From contig JACRNI010000024.1 in NCBI GenBank assembly GCA_016234925.1, forward strand, positions 6,555-70,554: 64,000 nucleotides of DNA. The letters run 5' to 3'. The position numbers were made by a program, and so were the translations under genes. The DNA comes from Deltaproteobacteria bacterium. Its GTDB lineage: Bacteria; Desulfobacterota; GWC2-55-46; UBA9637; GWC2-42-11. The notes under the pieces were generated by a model. The model saw nothing but the letters and a program-made list of their open reading frames with translations. It was not told where the DNA came from and searched no databases. Positions 50,223-61,254 of the stretch are shown here, piece after piece. Position 1 is the first letter of the stretch. Every line of letters starts with the position of its first letter.

Positions 50223-51518
50223 ATGAATAATAAAATTAAAAACCAAAACGGCATTGAATTAAAGCCTTCATCGCCCCTCACCTTAATCCTCTCCCCAAAG
50301 GGGAGAGGGCGGGGTGAGGGGGGCTTTGCCCTTGTTGTAACCCTTCTTCTGATGGTCTCAATATCTCTGATAGGGCTTCTTGCGCTTATGAACGCATCAA
50401 CAGAGACCCTTATTGCAAGGAATGAGAAAGAGCAGAAAATTGCATTCCAACTTGCAGAGGCAGGGCTTAACGAGACGTATGCAAGGCTGCATGTTACAGG
50501 AGGTAATTATATAGGGGAGCCGTCAGGTACTACAACAAGGACTGGCGATGCTGTAGTGGGTAGTGGCATCGCGGCAGGCAGTAGTAGTACAAGCGGAGGT
50601 TTAAATACAGCAAGTGCATCAACAGGTCAATATAGTGTTGTAATAACATATTTGGCAGAGAATTCAACTGATGCATTTTGTAACGGCGGCACATGGGATG
50701 TCCCTACTGATACTGTATATACTGTAGACACCGCCGCCCAATGCACTGGCGCGACAGCAGTTTTGTTTGGTCATGACTTTGGCTTTCCTTATAATATGAG
50801 CCCAAGACCGCCCTTAACAGGCAGAAATCCTGTTTATAAGATTACATCCACTGGGACATATGGCAATACAAACGTTTCATTATATTCGTATATCCCGTCA
50901 ATCGGCCTTAATATTGACCCGGAGGCTGCTGTGTATTCTACTGGTGGTTTGGATGTTAATGGCAACGATACAATCACTGGTGGGGCAAAGTATTGCACCA
51001 CCTATGATGCATCAGGTACTAATACTATATCTCCTGCCGCTACTCCGATTACATCTAATTGTCTTGTTATGGATACATTTATTGGTTATTCTAAATCTGA
51101 ATTATGGAGTATGGCTGATGTGAAGGTAGTTGGCGACGGCGGCGCTGGACTGAAAACTACAGTAACAGACCCTGCGAATGCGGATAAGATTATATTTGTT
51201 GATAATGATGCTGCTGCTGGACCAAGCAGTAACACGACTGCTTCAAATGCGAATATAAATACCAATCAATCCGGAAGCGGTATTTTGATTGTTACCGGCG
51301 ACTTAGCTGTTGGCGGAGGTTTTACATGGACAGGCTTGATATATGTATTCGGCACATTGACTACGAGTGGAAATGTTACGGTAACCGGCGCTGTGGTAGC
51401 AGGAGGCACAGAGGTCACACTGAATGGCACTGTAACTGTAACCTATGACCAGGATGTCCTTAATAATCTGGGGAAAAAGAACAGCACCTCCAGCCTTATC
51501 AGGTGGAGCAGGCAGTAG
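50223..51518 (+). CDS. PilX-like type IV pilus minor pilin with repeat-derived N-terminal leader
   Basis: PilX_N-like 'GFALVVTLLLMVSISLIGLLALMNASTETLIARNE'. The leader 'PLTLILSPKGRGRGEGG' is encoded by the family D repeat. Confidence 0.6.
   Translation: MNNKIKNQNGIELKPSSPLTLILSPKGRGRGEGGFALVVTLLLMVSISLIGLLALMNASTETLIARNEKEQKIAFQLAEAGLNETYARLHVTGGNYIGEPSGTTTRTGDAVVGSGIAAGSSSTSGGLNTASASTGQYSVVITYLAENSTDAFCNGGTWDVPTDTVYTVDTAAQCTGATAVLFGHDFGFPYNMSPRPPLTGRNPVYKITSTGTYGNTNVSLYSYIPSIGLNIDPEAAVYSTGGLDVNGNDTITGGAKYCTTYDASGTNTISPAATPITSNCLVMDTFIGYSKSELWSMADVKVVGDGGAGLKTTVTDPANADKIIFVDNDAAAGPSSNTTASNANINTNQSGSGILIVTGDLAVGGGFTWTGLIYVFGTLTTSGNVTVTGAVVAGGTEVTLNGTVTVTYDQDVLNNLGKKNSTSSLIRWSRQ
50273..50322. 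repeat. family D G-rich palindromic element, inside the CDS 5' end
   Basis: Same as 35127..35202. Confidence 0.6.
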
Positions 51519-51523
51519 GAAGG

Positions 51524-51577
51524 GTAGTTGCCGAGCTTGCTCGGCAGATAAATCAGCCAACCAAGGTTGGCAACTAC
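51524..51577. repeat. REP/BIME-like element, family I
   Basis: 'gtagttgccgagcttgctcggcag...ccaaccaaggttggcaactac'. Confidence 0.55.
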
Positions 51578-51658
51578 AGCCATGTTTCTACGTTTTCTGT
51601 TGTGTGTCTGCCCAATTTATTGGGCGTATTTAAAGACGCCGATAAATCCGCTAGGCTA

Positions 51659-52735
51659 CTACTGCCTTACATTCATAAACATCAATATCCCTATTATCCC
51701 GAACATAAAATTTGCCGACCATGCCGCGAAAAACGGCGGGATTGCTCCGATGTATCCAAGTGACGCTGTTACGGCAAATACAATCCAGTAACTAAAGCCT
51801 ATTATAACGCTCAAAGCGATGCCCATTGCAATGCCGCTGTGCCTGCCTGTTTTTAACGCAAATGGTATGCCGAGTATCACCATTATGATGTTTATAACAG
51901 GAAACGCTATCTTTCCATGAAGGTCAACAATATATCTTGTGGCGTCATAGCCTTCCAAAGACAGTTTTGCGATGTAATCTTTAAGTTCAGTGAAACTCAT
52001 TTCATCTGCAATCTTTTCTGTGATTTGAAGTTCTTCAGGGTTTTCATCTATTGGCGCTGTTCCATTTTTAACAGCAGATATTTTTATAGAACCGTTCCGA
52101 AACTGCCGTTTTGTCCCGTTTGTTATCTGCCATTTTCCATCTAACCATTTTGCCTCTTCCGCATCTATCCTTGACAGCACATTAAAATCCTTGTCAATCT
52201 CATAGATTGTTAAGCCGTGTATTATGCCTTTTTTAGAATCAAGGTGGCTGATGCTGTATATGTTGTCATCGCCCCTGTACCACATTTTATTTTGCTTGAA
52301 AGATGCCGCTTGTTTTTTTCCGTCTATTCTGATTTTTTTAATAGATTCAACTTGTTTTTTTGCAGGGGGGACAATATATTCGTCTATAACAAATGACATT
52401 GCGCTTATAACCAGAGATGCGAGCATGATTGGGAATGTGATTTTTAGGACGCTTATGCCGCCTGCCTTCATCGCAGTAATCTCAACATTGCGGGAAAGTA
52501 TGCCGAGGGACAATAAGGTCGCAAGAAGGACTGCAACAGGGGTTGTCTGATACATGATAAACGGTATCTTGTACAGGAAAAATTTAAACCCTTCGGACAT
52601 GGATGCGTTATTTTCCATGAGGTCGTCTATCTTTTCAAAGAAATCTATCAAGAGATATAACGATACTATTGTTATAATGCAGAGAAAGAATATAAAGAGG
52701 AATTCCTTTAGTATATGTTTGTTTATGATTTTCAT
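51659..52735 (-). CDS. lptG: LPS export ABC permease, LptG-like (YjgP/YjgQ family)
   Basis: 'MKIINKHILKEFLFIFF'; 6 TM with a periplasmic beta-jellyroll insert. Confidence 0.75.
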   Translation of the reverse strand: MKIINKHILKEFLFIFFLCIITIVSLYLLIDFFEKIDDLMENNASMSEGFKFFLYKIPFIMYQTTPVAVLLATLLSLGILSRNVEITAMKAGGISVLKITFPIMLASLVISAMSFVIDEYIVPPAKKQVESIKKIRIDGKKQAASFKQNKMWYRGDDNIYSISHLDSKKGIIHGLTIYEIDKDFNVLSRIDAEEAKWLDGKWQITNGTKRQFRNGSIKISAVKNGTAPIDENPEELQITEKIADEMSFTELKDYIAKLSLEGYDATRYIVDLHGKIAFPVINIIMVILGIPFALKTGRHSGIAMGIALSVIIGFSYWIVFAVTASLGYIGAIPPFFAAWSANFMFGIIGILMFMNVRQ

Positions 52736-52755
52736 CTGAAAAACCCCGTCAAAAA

Positions 52756-52810
52756 TGTAGGGGTCGGATTTATCCGACCTGATATGCGGGTTTGATAAAT
52801 CAAACCCCTA
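52756..52810. repeat. REP/BIME-like element, family F
   Basis: See 38618..38709. Confidence 0.6.
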
Positions 52811-52816
52811 CAATCT

Positions 52817-53998
52817 TCACTTTGAAAATATCCTTTTGAACAGACCAATAATGCTGTTAAAAAATCCTCCAAGCCAGACAAATAATTTTACAGGCGATTC
52901 TTTGCCTGCCTTATAAAAGATGTACAATCCGCAGACACCCATTATGATGTTTGAACCCCATACAGCGAATATCGGATTTATTTTTCCGTTTTCGCCAAAA
53001 GACTCAAATGCTGTTGACAGGACATAGTAGAGCAGCATGACAACGAGGGCTATTATAAAACCCCTGTATCTGCTTGTCCGGACATGCTGGATGGCAAGCG
53101 GGACGCCTAGAAGTCCGAATACAAATACTGCCGCAGGCAGGGCAGCTCTTTTGTGCATATCTATAATATAAGGAGACGGATTTTTTCCTGCCTTTTTTAC
53201 TTCGTTTATCTTTTTTGCAAGTTCCATTACTGTAAGTTCTCTGTTTGACCTGTTTTTATCAGGATTTTTAATGTCAGCCTGTTTCAATCTTAAATTTATG
53301 TCATATGTAGAAAATGTCATATGCGTGTATTTATCAGATTGTTTTCCTGTTTTATGGAGCGTGCCGTTTTGCAGTCTAAGTGTTACTGTCATTGATTCAG
53401 GGTCTACTATAAAGACACCCTTGTTGGCGGTTATAACATCAGATATTTCATCCTGTTTTTCTTCTGACACCATTACGCCGTTTAAGGTGTCTTCGCCTGC
53501 GGCAATATGGTCAGCATACAGGACAATGCCGTCAAATGTGTCATTAAATGTCTTTTCCTTTATACCAGTAGATATTTTTGTTCTCGCCACATCATACAGG
53601 AGTTTTTTTGCAGAAAGGTTAGCCCATGGAAATGCAAAGAGCGTAAGATAGAGGGATAATAAAAATGCGATTGACGCCATCACAATCACAGGCCGTGTCA
53701 ACCTGTATAGATTTATGCCTGCTGTCTTTATTGCAGTGATTTCGCTGTCGCCTGAGAGCCTGTTGAATGCAATCAAGACAGATAAAAGAAACGACAGGGG
53801 TATTACATAGATTAGAAACGAGGGCATTAAAAAGAATAAGAATTTTAGGACTATGAATATGCCTACGCCGTGGTTTACAACAAGTTCAACTAATTTGAGG
53901 AGTTTGCTTAAAAGCAATGTTACTGACAATACACCGCTGCTTATAATAAAAGGGACAGCAAGTTCTTTGAATATGTATGAATCTAAAATGCGTCTCAT
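52817..53998 (-). CDS. lptF: LPS export ABC permease, LptF-like (YjgP/YjgQ family)
   Basis: 'MRRILDSYIFKELAVPF'. Confidence 0.75.
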   Translation of the reverse strand: MRRILDSYIFKELAVPFIISSGVLSVTLLLSKLLKLVELVVNHGVGIFIVLKFLFFLMPSFLIYVIPLSFLLSVLIAFNRLSGDSEITAIKTAGINLYRLTRPVIVMASIAFLLSLYLTLFAFPWANLSAKKLLYDVARTKISTGIKEKTFNDTFDGIVLYADHIAAGEDTLNGVMVSEEKQDEISDVITANKGVFIVDPESMTVTLRLQNGTLHKTGKQSDKYTHMTFSTYDINLRLKQADIKNPDKNRSNRELTVMELAKKINEVKKAGKNPSPYIIDMHKRAALPAAVFVFGLLGVPLAIQHVRTSRYRGFIIALVVMLLYYVLSTAFESFGENGKINPIFAVWGSNIIMGVCGLYIFYKAGKESPVKLFVWLGGFFNSIIGLFKRIFSK

Positions 53999-54129
53999 AG
54001 TTTAATGCTACAATAAAGACAGGCAATAGGCAATAGGCTATAGGCTATAGGCAATTGGGATATACCTTGACCGCTTGATATGTTTTTAGTAAGATTGGAA
54101 AAAATCTAAGGTAAAGAGGAAAAAACAAA

Positions 54130-55714
54130 ATGGTGCAATTTCATGAATTTTTAAAAGAGCCGAAAATCGCTTATTTTTCTATGGAGGTCGGCATGTTGAA
54201 TGACATGCCCACATACAGCGGTGGTCTCGGTGTTCTGGCAGGCGATACAATAAGGTCTGCTGCAGATTTAAAACTTCCGTTTATTGCGGTAACGCTTTTA
54301 AGCAGAAAGGGATTTTTCAATCAGGACATAGATGAAAATGGAAAACAGACAGAGTCGCCTGTTTCATGGGAGCCGTCCAGATTTATGACCCTGCTGTCTG
54401 AAAAGGTTAAGGTGCAAATAGAGGGCAGGGATGTCTATGTGCAGGCATGGCTTTATGTTGTGGAGAGTCTGACAGGCGGCAAGGTTCCTGTGTTTTTTCT
54501 TGATACAGACCTGCCTGAAAATACGCCAAATGACAGGGACATAACTGCGTATCTTTACGGCGGGGATAATAGATATAGATTAAAGCAGGAGATTATCCTC
54601 GGCATCGGCGGCGTAAGGATATTGAATGCCCTTGGTTTTCAAATAAAAAAATATCATATGAATGAAGGACACGCATCATTCTTGACGCTTGAACTTCTAA
54701 TGGAGCATAAGAAGGATATTGAAACAGTATGGGATGAAAGATTTATATGGGACACGGAAAAGGTGAAGGATTTATGCGTTTTTACAACCCATACGCCTAT
54801 AGAGGCAGGGCATGATAAGTTTCCTTACGATATGGTCAAAGATGTGATGGGTGAGGCAATCCCATTTTCTGTGTTAAAGGAACTTGCGGGCAGGGATAAT
54901 CTGAACATGACGCTACTTGCATTGAATTTGACTAAATATGTGAACGGCGTCGCTAAAAAACACGGCGAGGTTTCAAAAAACCTTTTTCCCGGATATGAAA
55001 TCCATGCGATTACAAACGGCGTTCATTCATATACATGGACATGCGAGAGCCTTGCAAGGGTCTTTGATAAATATGATGAACCCTGATGTTTTAACAATTG
55101 GTTTTGCAAGGAGGGCGACTGCGTACAAAAGGGCTGACCTTTTATTCTCTGATGTGAATAGGCTTAAAAAAATCGCAAAAAAAGGGAAACTTCAGATTAT
55201 ATACGCCGGCAAGTCTCATCCGAATGACCAATCCGGCAAAAAACTCATAGAGGCTATACACGGCTATGTTAAAGAATTCAAAGGGGTTATAGATATTGTG
55301 TATCTAAAAAATTACAATATGGATATTGCGCTTAAACTTGTTTCAGGCGTTGATATTTGGCTGAATACTCCGCTGCGTCCAAGAGAGGCGTCAGGCACAA
55401 GCGGGATGAAGGCAGCGCACAACGGCGTTTTGAATTTCAGCGTCCTAGACGGATGGTGGATAGAGGGGCATATAGAAGGTTTCACAGGCTGGTCAATAGG
55501 ACCAGCGCCGTCTGAGGTTACCTTGACTGAAAACATGGATACAAAAGATGCGGACGACCTTTATTCAAAATTGGAAGAGGTTATTATGCCGATGTTTTAT
55601 AAGAACAAGGAAGCGTGGGCGAGGATGATGAAAAACGCTATCAGCAAAAATGCGTATTACTTTAACAGCCATAGGATGATGAGAAGGTATGTTACAGAGG
55701 CGTATATAAGATAA
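54130..55714 (+). pseudogene. glgP: alpha-glucan (glycogen) phosphorylase GT35, frameshifted with probable internal deletion
   Basis: N-terminal ORF 'MPTYSGGLGVLAGD'; C-terminal ORF in another frame with 'EASGTSGMKAAHNG' (PLP lysine). Junction at ~55080. Confidence 0.75.
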
Positions 55715-55772
55715 ATACAGGCAATAGGCGATAGGCTATAGGTGATATATGTCTAGGGGGTTCAAGGGATAT

Positions 55773-55827
55773 GGTAGCCGCAACCTTTACGGTTGCGTTT
55801 TTTCGCAGGCATAAAGCCTGCGGCTAC
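55773..55827. repeat. REP/BIME-like element, family B
   Basis: Preceded by 'gggggttcaaggg'. Confidence 0.7.
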
Positions 55828-55853
55828 CTAGAACCCTACTAATTTATAAGGTA

Positions 55854-56240
55854 GTGTTTATGACATGCTGCGGCAAAAAAATACTTGTTGTAGAAGATAA
55901 TGAACAGAACATGGAACTATTTTGCGATATCCTTGAAGCCAAAGGCTATAAGGTTTTTAAGGCAGTGGATGGCGAGGCAGGTGTTGAACTTGCAAAGAAA
56001 GAAAAACCTGATTTAATAATAATGGATATGCAGCTTCCTCAAATGGATGGATTTGCCGCAGTGAAACTTATAAGGGAAGACCCTATTGTAAAGGGTGTCT
56101 GCATAATTGCCGTTACAGCGCATGCAATGAAGGGCGACGAGGAAAATTTCAAAAAGGCGGGGTGCAGCGCTTACATTCCAAAACCAATAGTAATAAAAGA
56201 TTTTTTAACAAAGGTTGCTAACTGCATGGCAAAAGGATGA
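55854..56240 (+). CDS. single-domain response regulator receiver (CheY/DivK-like)
   Basis: 'ILVVEDNEQN...IIMDMQLPQMDG...KPIVIKDF'. Confidence 0.8.
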   Translation: MFMTCCGKKILVVEDNEQNMELFCDILEAKGYKVFKAVDGEAGVELAKKEKPDLIIMDMQLPQMDGFAAVKLIREDPIVKGVCIIAVTAHAMKGDEENFKKAGCSAYIPKPIVIKDFLTKVANCMAKG

Positions 56241-56246
56241 CGATAT

Positions 56247-56336
56247 GATTACACCGATTATAAAGGCAGATTACACAGATTAAAGCAAAATAGTAGTTTT
56301 AATCTGCGTAATCGTTTTTCAAAATCTGTGTAATTA
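56247..56336 (+). repeat. family G repeat, copy 3
   Basis: See 17906..18004. Confidence 0.55.
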
Positions 56337-56493
56337 TTGACTCCTGTAATATTATAATGTCCTATTCTCGCTTTGTTTGTCATTCCGCACTTGATGCGGA
56401 ATCCAGTCTTTTGCATAAGTATCTGGATTCCCGTTTTCACGGGAATGACGGACATGGGACATTTCTTATACAGTTTTCAATAGTTAAAAAAGG

Positions 56494-59179
56494 ATGATAA
56501 CCATTCATACAAAAAATATTTTTCCAGTTCAAGACAAACCGCTATTTGATGACATAGAGTATCTAAAAAATATCCTTTATCAAGCGCTTGCTGAACAAGC
56601 AGGCAGCCGTTTTCTAAAAATCATAGATAATCTAACCGCTGCCAGCTTAAAACACCCAATCAAAACCCAACTCCCAAATATGATAAGGCAGATTGATATG
56701 ACCATATCCAATCAGGTTATACAGGCATATGCAATAAATTTTCAATTGACAAATCTTGCTGAGGAAAATTTTGGCATGCAGGATAGGCGGCGGCTAATTA
56801 AGAATGGAATGTCTGTGTCCGGCTCTATTGAAGACTGTATAAGCACATTTAAGAAAAACGGCATTTCACCCCGTGCAATAGAAAAGATGCTTGCAAGACT
56901 CTCCATAGTGCCTGTGATTACGGCGCATCCGACAGAGGTAAAGAGGCGGACAGTCCTTGAAAAGCACAGAAATATATATCTCACAATATTCAAGAAAGAA
57001 AACCCAATCTGGACGACAAGGGAAAGGGATTTGTTAAGGGACAATATATTGGGCGATGTTTTAAAACTCTGGCACACAGGCGACATAAGGCTTGAAAAGC
57101 CCAATATAGAGGAAGAGGTTGAAAACGGCCTTTTCTATTTTAATAAAACATTTTTTGAGGTTCTGCCGAAACTGTATGATGAACTAAAATTTCAATTAAG
57201 TAAATATTATCCTGACTATGATTTTAAAATCCCGCAAATCTTGTCATTTGGAAGCTGGGTCGGCGGGGACAGGGATGGAAATCCATTTGTAACAAGTAAA
57301 AAAACAAGATGGACATTTAAGAGGCATAAGGAACTTATTCTGTCAAAATATATTGAAACTGTTTCAAGTTTGATCTCAAGGCTCAGCATCTCAAGACATC
57401 TTGTTTCTGTAAGTAAAGAAATACTTACATCAATCAAAGAAGATGCAATAAACATGGGTATTGATGGGCAGACGCTCATCAGCAGAAATCCGCACGAGCC
57501 GTACAGGCAGAAACTTTCTCTTATAAAAAGGAAACTGGAAAATACATTAAAAACAGGGTCAAGGGTCAATCGTCAAGGGTCAAGGGTAGAAGAAACTGTA
57601 ACTCAAGGCTTTAGCCTTGAAGGCATCAAACCTGAAGGTTTGAGTTACAGATGTTGTAAAGACAGGGTATCTTGCCTTGCCGGAGCATGAAAAAATCAAA
57701 ATATTGTCAAAAGAACTTTTGAGCATAAGGCCCCTTGTGCCTGTTTACAGCCATATTACAGAAGAGACCAGAGAGGTTTTGAACACGTTTAAAAGCATCA
57801 AAGAGGCTCAGGAAGAGATTTCATGGGATGCTGTCGGCTCATATATAATCAGCATGACACACCATGCAAGCGATGTTTTGACGCTGCTGCTCCTTGCAAA
57901 AGAGGTTGGTCTTTGCGGCATAGACGGCGACGGCAGGGTATTTAACAGGATTGATATAGCGCCTTTATTTGAAACAATCGGTGATTTGCAGAGACTGCCG
58001 AAGATATTGAATGACCTGTTTAATAATGAGACATACAAAAGGTATCTTGCAGAAAGGGATGATGTTCAAGAGATTATGCTGGGTTATTCGGACTCATGCA
58101 AAGACGGCGGCATACTTACATCCAACTGGGAATTATACAAGGCGCAGAAAAAAATCACCGCGATTGGGATGGACTGCGGCGTAAACATCAGACTGTTTCA
58201 CGGTAGAGGCGGGACAGTGGGCAGGGGAGGGGGACCAACACATAAGGCAATCCTTGCGCAGCCAAAAGGCACTGTTAACGGCTATATAAAAATGACAGAG
58301 CAGGGCGAGGTCATATCTTCAAAATATGCTAATCTTGGGACAGCGGCATATAACCTGAATCTGCTTGCTGCCGGAGTTATGGAGGCAGCAATAGAAACAG
58401 GGGCAAGGGGCAAGGGGCAGAGGTCAAGAAAAGAAAAGATTTATGAGGATGCGTTTGAGAAAATATCTGAAATATCCTACAGACTATACAGGGAATTGAT
58501 TGAGGATAAAGATTTCCTCACATACTTTGAGCAGGCAACGCCGATTGATGAACTTGAACATCTAAAAATCGGTTCAAGGCCAAGTTATAGGTCAGCCCCT
58601 GATAGATTCAATCAGGGGTTGCCTGACATTAAAAAAGTTGAGGATTTAAGGGCGATTCCTTGGGTTTTTTCATGGAACTTGTCAAGGCATATTATACCGG
58701 GCTGGTATCCGTTTGGCTCTGCAATAAAAAACTGGGTCAAGGGTCAAGGGTCAAGGGACAAGGGGAAAAAACTTTTAAAAGAGATGTATAGAGACTGGTT
58801 ATTCTTCTCTAACCTCGTTGACAATATCCAGATGGTCATTGCAAAGGCAGATATGGATATTGCTAAACTCTACGCCTCTCTTGTAAAGGATAAAAGTGTA
58901 AGAGATGGGATTTATAAAAAAATCAAAAAAGAGTTTGATTTAACCGTTAAAATGATTTTAATGATTACAGGGCAGAAAAATATATTGGATAATGACAAAT
59001 TCTTGCAGCGGTCAATAAATTTAAGAAGGCCAAATATTGACCCTGTTGATTATATGCAGGTGGATTTAATAAGAAAGATAAGGGATAAAAATATAAAGGG
59101 AGAGAAAAGGCAGAGGGTCATAAAAACACTTATGGCAAGCATAAACTGCATATCAGCAGGACTAAGAAATACTGGATGA
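56494..59179 (+). pseudogene. ppc: phosphoenolpyruvate carboxylase, frameshifted at ~57640 next to a GGGTCAAGG repeat insertion
   Basis: 'VITAHPTEVKRRTV' in ORF1; 'GYSDSCKDGG' and 'FHGRGGTVGRGGGP' in ORF2 (TTG-start frame). Repeat-encoded 'GSRVNRQGSRV' and 'GQGSRDKG' segments. Confidence 0.8.
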
Positions 59180-59189
59180 GGAATACGGG

Positions 59190-60917
59190 ATGAGAAAAGA
59201 CAGGGTCAATAGTCAATGGTCAAGGGTAAGTAGAAACATGGCTTTAGCCATGTTAATTAACAGGTCTAAAGACCTGTTTCTACATCTTACATCTCACATC
59301 TTACATCTTACGCTGCTTATTACTGTTTTAACATCCTGCACCAATCCCTCTATCTCCAGCAATTTACCAGATGTCAAAGACAAAACCCCTGCCCACGGCG
59401 ACACAATCATTGAAGGGCTTGGCGCTGAGCCGACTGTCTTGATACCTGTTCTTGCGCAGGACACTGCATCCCATGATGTTGCAGGGCTTGTATTCAATGG
59501 TCTTGTAAAATATGACAAGGACTTGAGTCTAATCGGAGATTTGGCAGAATCATGGGAGATTTCAAAAGACGGGCTTATAATAACATTCCATTTGAGAAAA
59601 GGAGTTAAGTGGACAGACGGCATTGAATTTACAGCAGAGGATGTTTATTTCGGATACAAGACGATTATAGACGAGAAGACGCCGACTGCGTACAAAGAGG
59701 ATTTTTTACAGGTTAAAAATGCAGAGGTCATTGACAAATATACTTTTAGAGTAACTTATGAAAAACCATTTGCGCCAGCCTTGTCAACATGGGGGAGTCT
59801 GCCAATCCTTCCCAAGCATTTGCTGGAAGGCAAGGATATAACAAAGAGTGATTTGGGAAGAAAACCCCTCGGCATGGGGCCATTCATATTCAAGGAATGG
59901 GTTGCAGGACAGAAGGTTGTTTTAGATTCAAACCATGATTATTTTGAAGGCAGACCATATATTGACAGATACATCTACCGCATAATCCCTGACCCTGCAA
60001 CAATGTTTCTTGAATTAAAAACAGGCGCAATTGACTGGATGGGGCTTACACCGCTTCAATTCACAAGGCAGACAGACACACCATATTTTAAAAATAATTA
60101 CAAAAAATACAGATACCCTGTATTTGTTTATACATACATGGGATTTAATCTGAAAGACCCTAGATTTAAAGATAAAAAAATCAGACAGGCGATTGCACAT
60201 GCAATTGACAAAGAGGAGATTGTTAATGGCGTCTTGTTCGGTCTCGGCAGTCCTGCAACAGGGCCATATGTCCCTAACACATGGGTCTATAATCCGAATG
60301 TTAAAAAATATGTATATAATTTAGAAAAGGCAAAGCAACTATTAAAAGATGCTGGCTGGGCAGATACCAATGGAGACGGCATACTTGACAAAAACGGCAG
60401 ACCATTTGAACTTACAATCTCAACAAGCGTTGGAAACACAACAAGAATCAAGGTTGCAACAATAATCCAGTGGAGGCTCCAGAAAATCGGCATCAAGGTA
60501 ACCATTCGCACTTATGAATGGTCAACATTTATAAATGAAAGAATCAACAAGAAAAGATTTGAGGCAGTGATTTTAGGCTGGAGCATAGGTCTTGACCCTG
60601 ACCAGTATGACATATGGCACTCAAGCAAGACAAAGGAAAAGGAATTTAATTTTATAGATTACAAAAATCCCGAGATAGATGAGTTGCTTGAAAAAGGCAG
60701 ACGCACATTTGATATAGAAGAAAGAAAAAAGGCATATTTCAGGATTCAAGAGATTTTGGCAGACGATGTGCCTTACATATTTTTATATGTGCCTGATGCG
60801 CTTGTGATTATAAACTCAAGGTTTCAGGGCATTGAACCCGCTCCCATCGGCATAAGTTACAACCTACATAAATGGTATGTGCCAAAGGAGATGCAGAAAT
60901 ACAGGATGGCGCCGTGA
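59190..60917 (+). CDS. ABC transporter substrate-binding protein, family 5 (Opp/Dpp-like) lipoprotein
   Basis: Lipobox 'LTSC'; SBP_bac_5-like body. The annotated 5' end runs through repeat elements, so the true start is uncertain. Confidence 0.75.
   Translation: MRKDRVNSQWSRVSRNMALAMLINRSKDLFLHLTSHILHLTLLITVLTSCTNPSISSNLPDVKDKTPAHGDTIIEGLGAEPTVLIPVLAQDTASHDVAGLVFNGLVKYDKDLSLIGDLAESWEISKDGLIITFHLRKGVKWTDGIEFTAEDVYFGYKTIIDEKTPTAYKEDFLQVKNAEVIDKYTFRVTYEKPFAPALSTWGSLPILPKHLLEGKDITKSDLGRKPLGMGPFIFKEWVAGQKVVLDSNHDYFEGRPYIDRYIYRIIPDPATMFLELKTGAIDWMGLTPLQFTRQTDTPYFKNNYKKYRYPVFVYTYMGFNLKDPRFKDKKIRQAIAHAIDKEEIVNGVLFGLGSPATGPYVPNTWVYNPNVKKYVYNLEKAKQLLKDAGWADTNGDGILDKNGRPFELTISTSVGNTTRIKVATIIQWRLQKIGIKVTIRTYEWSTFINERINKKRFEAVILGWSIGLDPDQYDIWHSSKTKEKEFNFIDYKNPEIDELLEKGRRTFDIEERKKAYFRIQEILADDVPYIFLYVPDALVIINSRFQGIEPAPIGISYNLHKWYVPKEMQKYRMAP
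59230..59283. repeat. REP/BIME-like element, family E (gtagaaac-hairpin-hairpin-gtttctac)
   Basis: Inverted copy at 63015..63063; hairpins 'aacatggctttagccatgtt' and 'aacaggtctaaagacctgtt'. Confidence 0.65.
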
Positions 60918-61254
60918 CATGACAACTGTTTCGTTTCTTAAAACATCGTTTTGCGAAACAGTATTGACAAAATGAGCCACAATTATTTGTTTATGAGAAA
61001 AATTCAATGCTTTGTTGCCTGTGCTTTCGGGAAAAAGGATGTTGATGAGGTTTATAATAAGGCGATAAAACAAGTGCTTAAAGAATTTAAAATAAGAGTT
61101 GATAAGATAAATCATTAAATTGTGGTGTGGGATAAACAGAAGATTACATTCCTGTCTGTGTGCATGCACCCACAGTCAGAGAGCGGATTATTGCGCAGTG
61201 TTGCAAGGAATAATGATATAATTTGGCAGCCAATAGCAAAAGAGGAGATATTTT

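Noticed and set aside
60987-61118. 43-aa ORF 'MRKIQCFVACAFGKKDVDEVYNKAIKQVLKEFKIRVDKINH' resembling the start of a TIR-like/nucleoside-processing domain
   Set aside because: Too short and truncated by a stop. Possibly a gene remnant, but cannot be supported from sequence alone.
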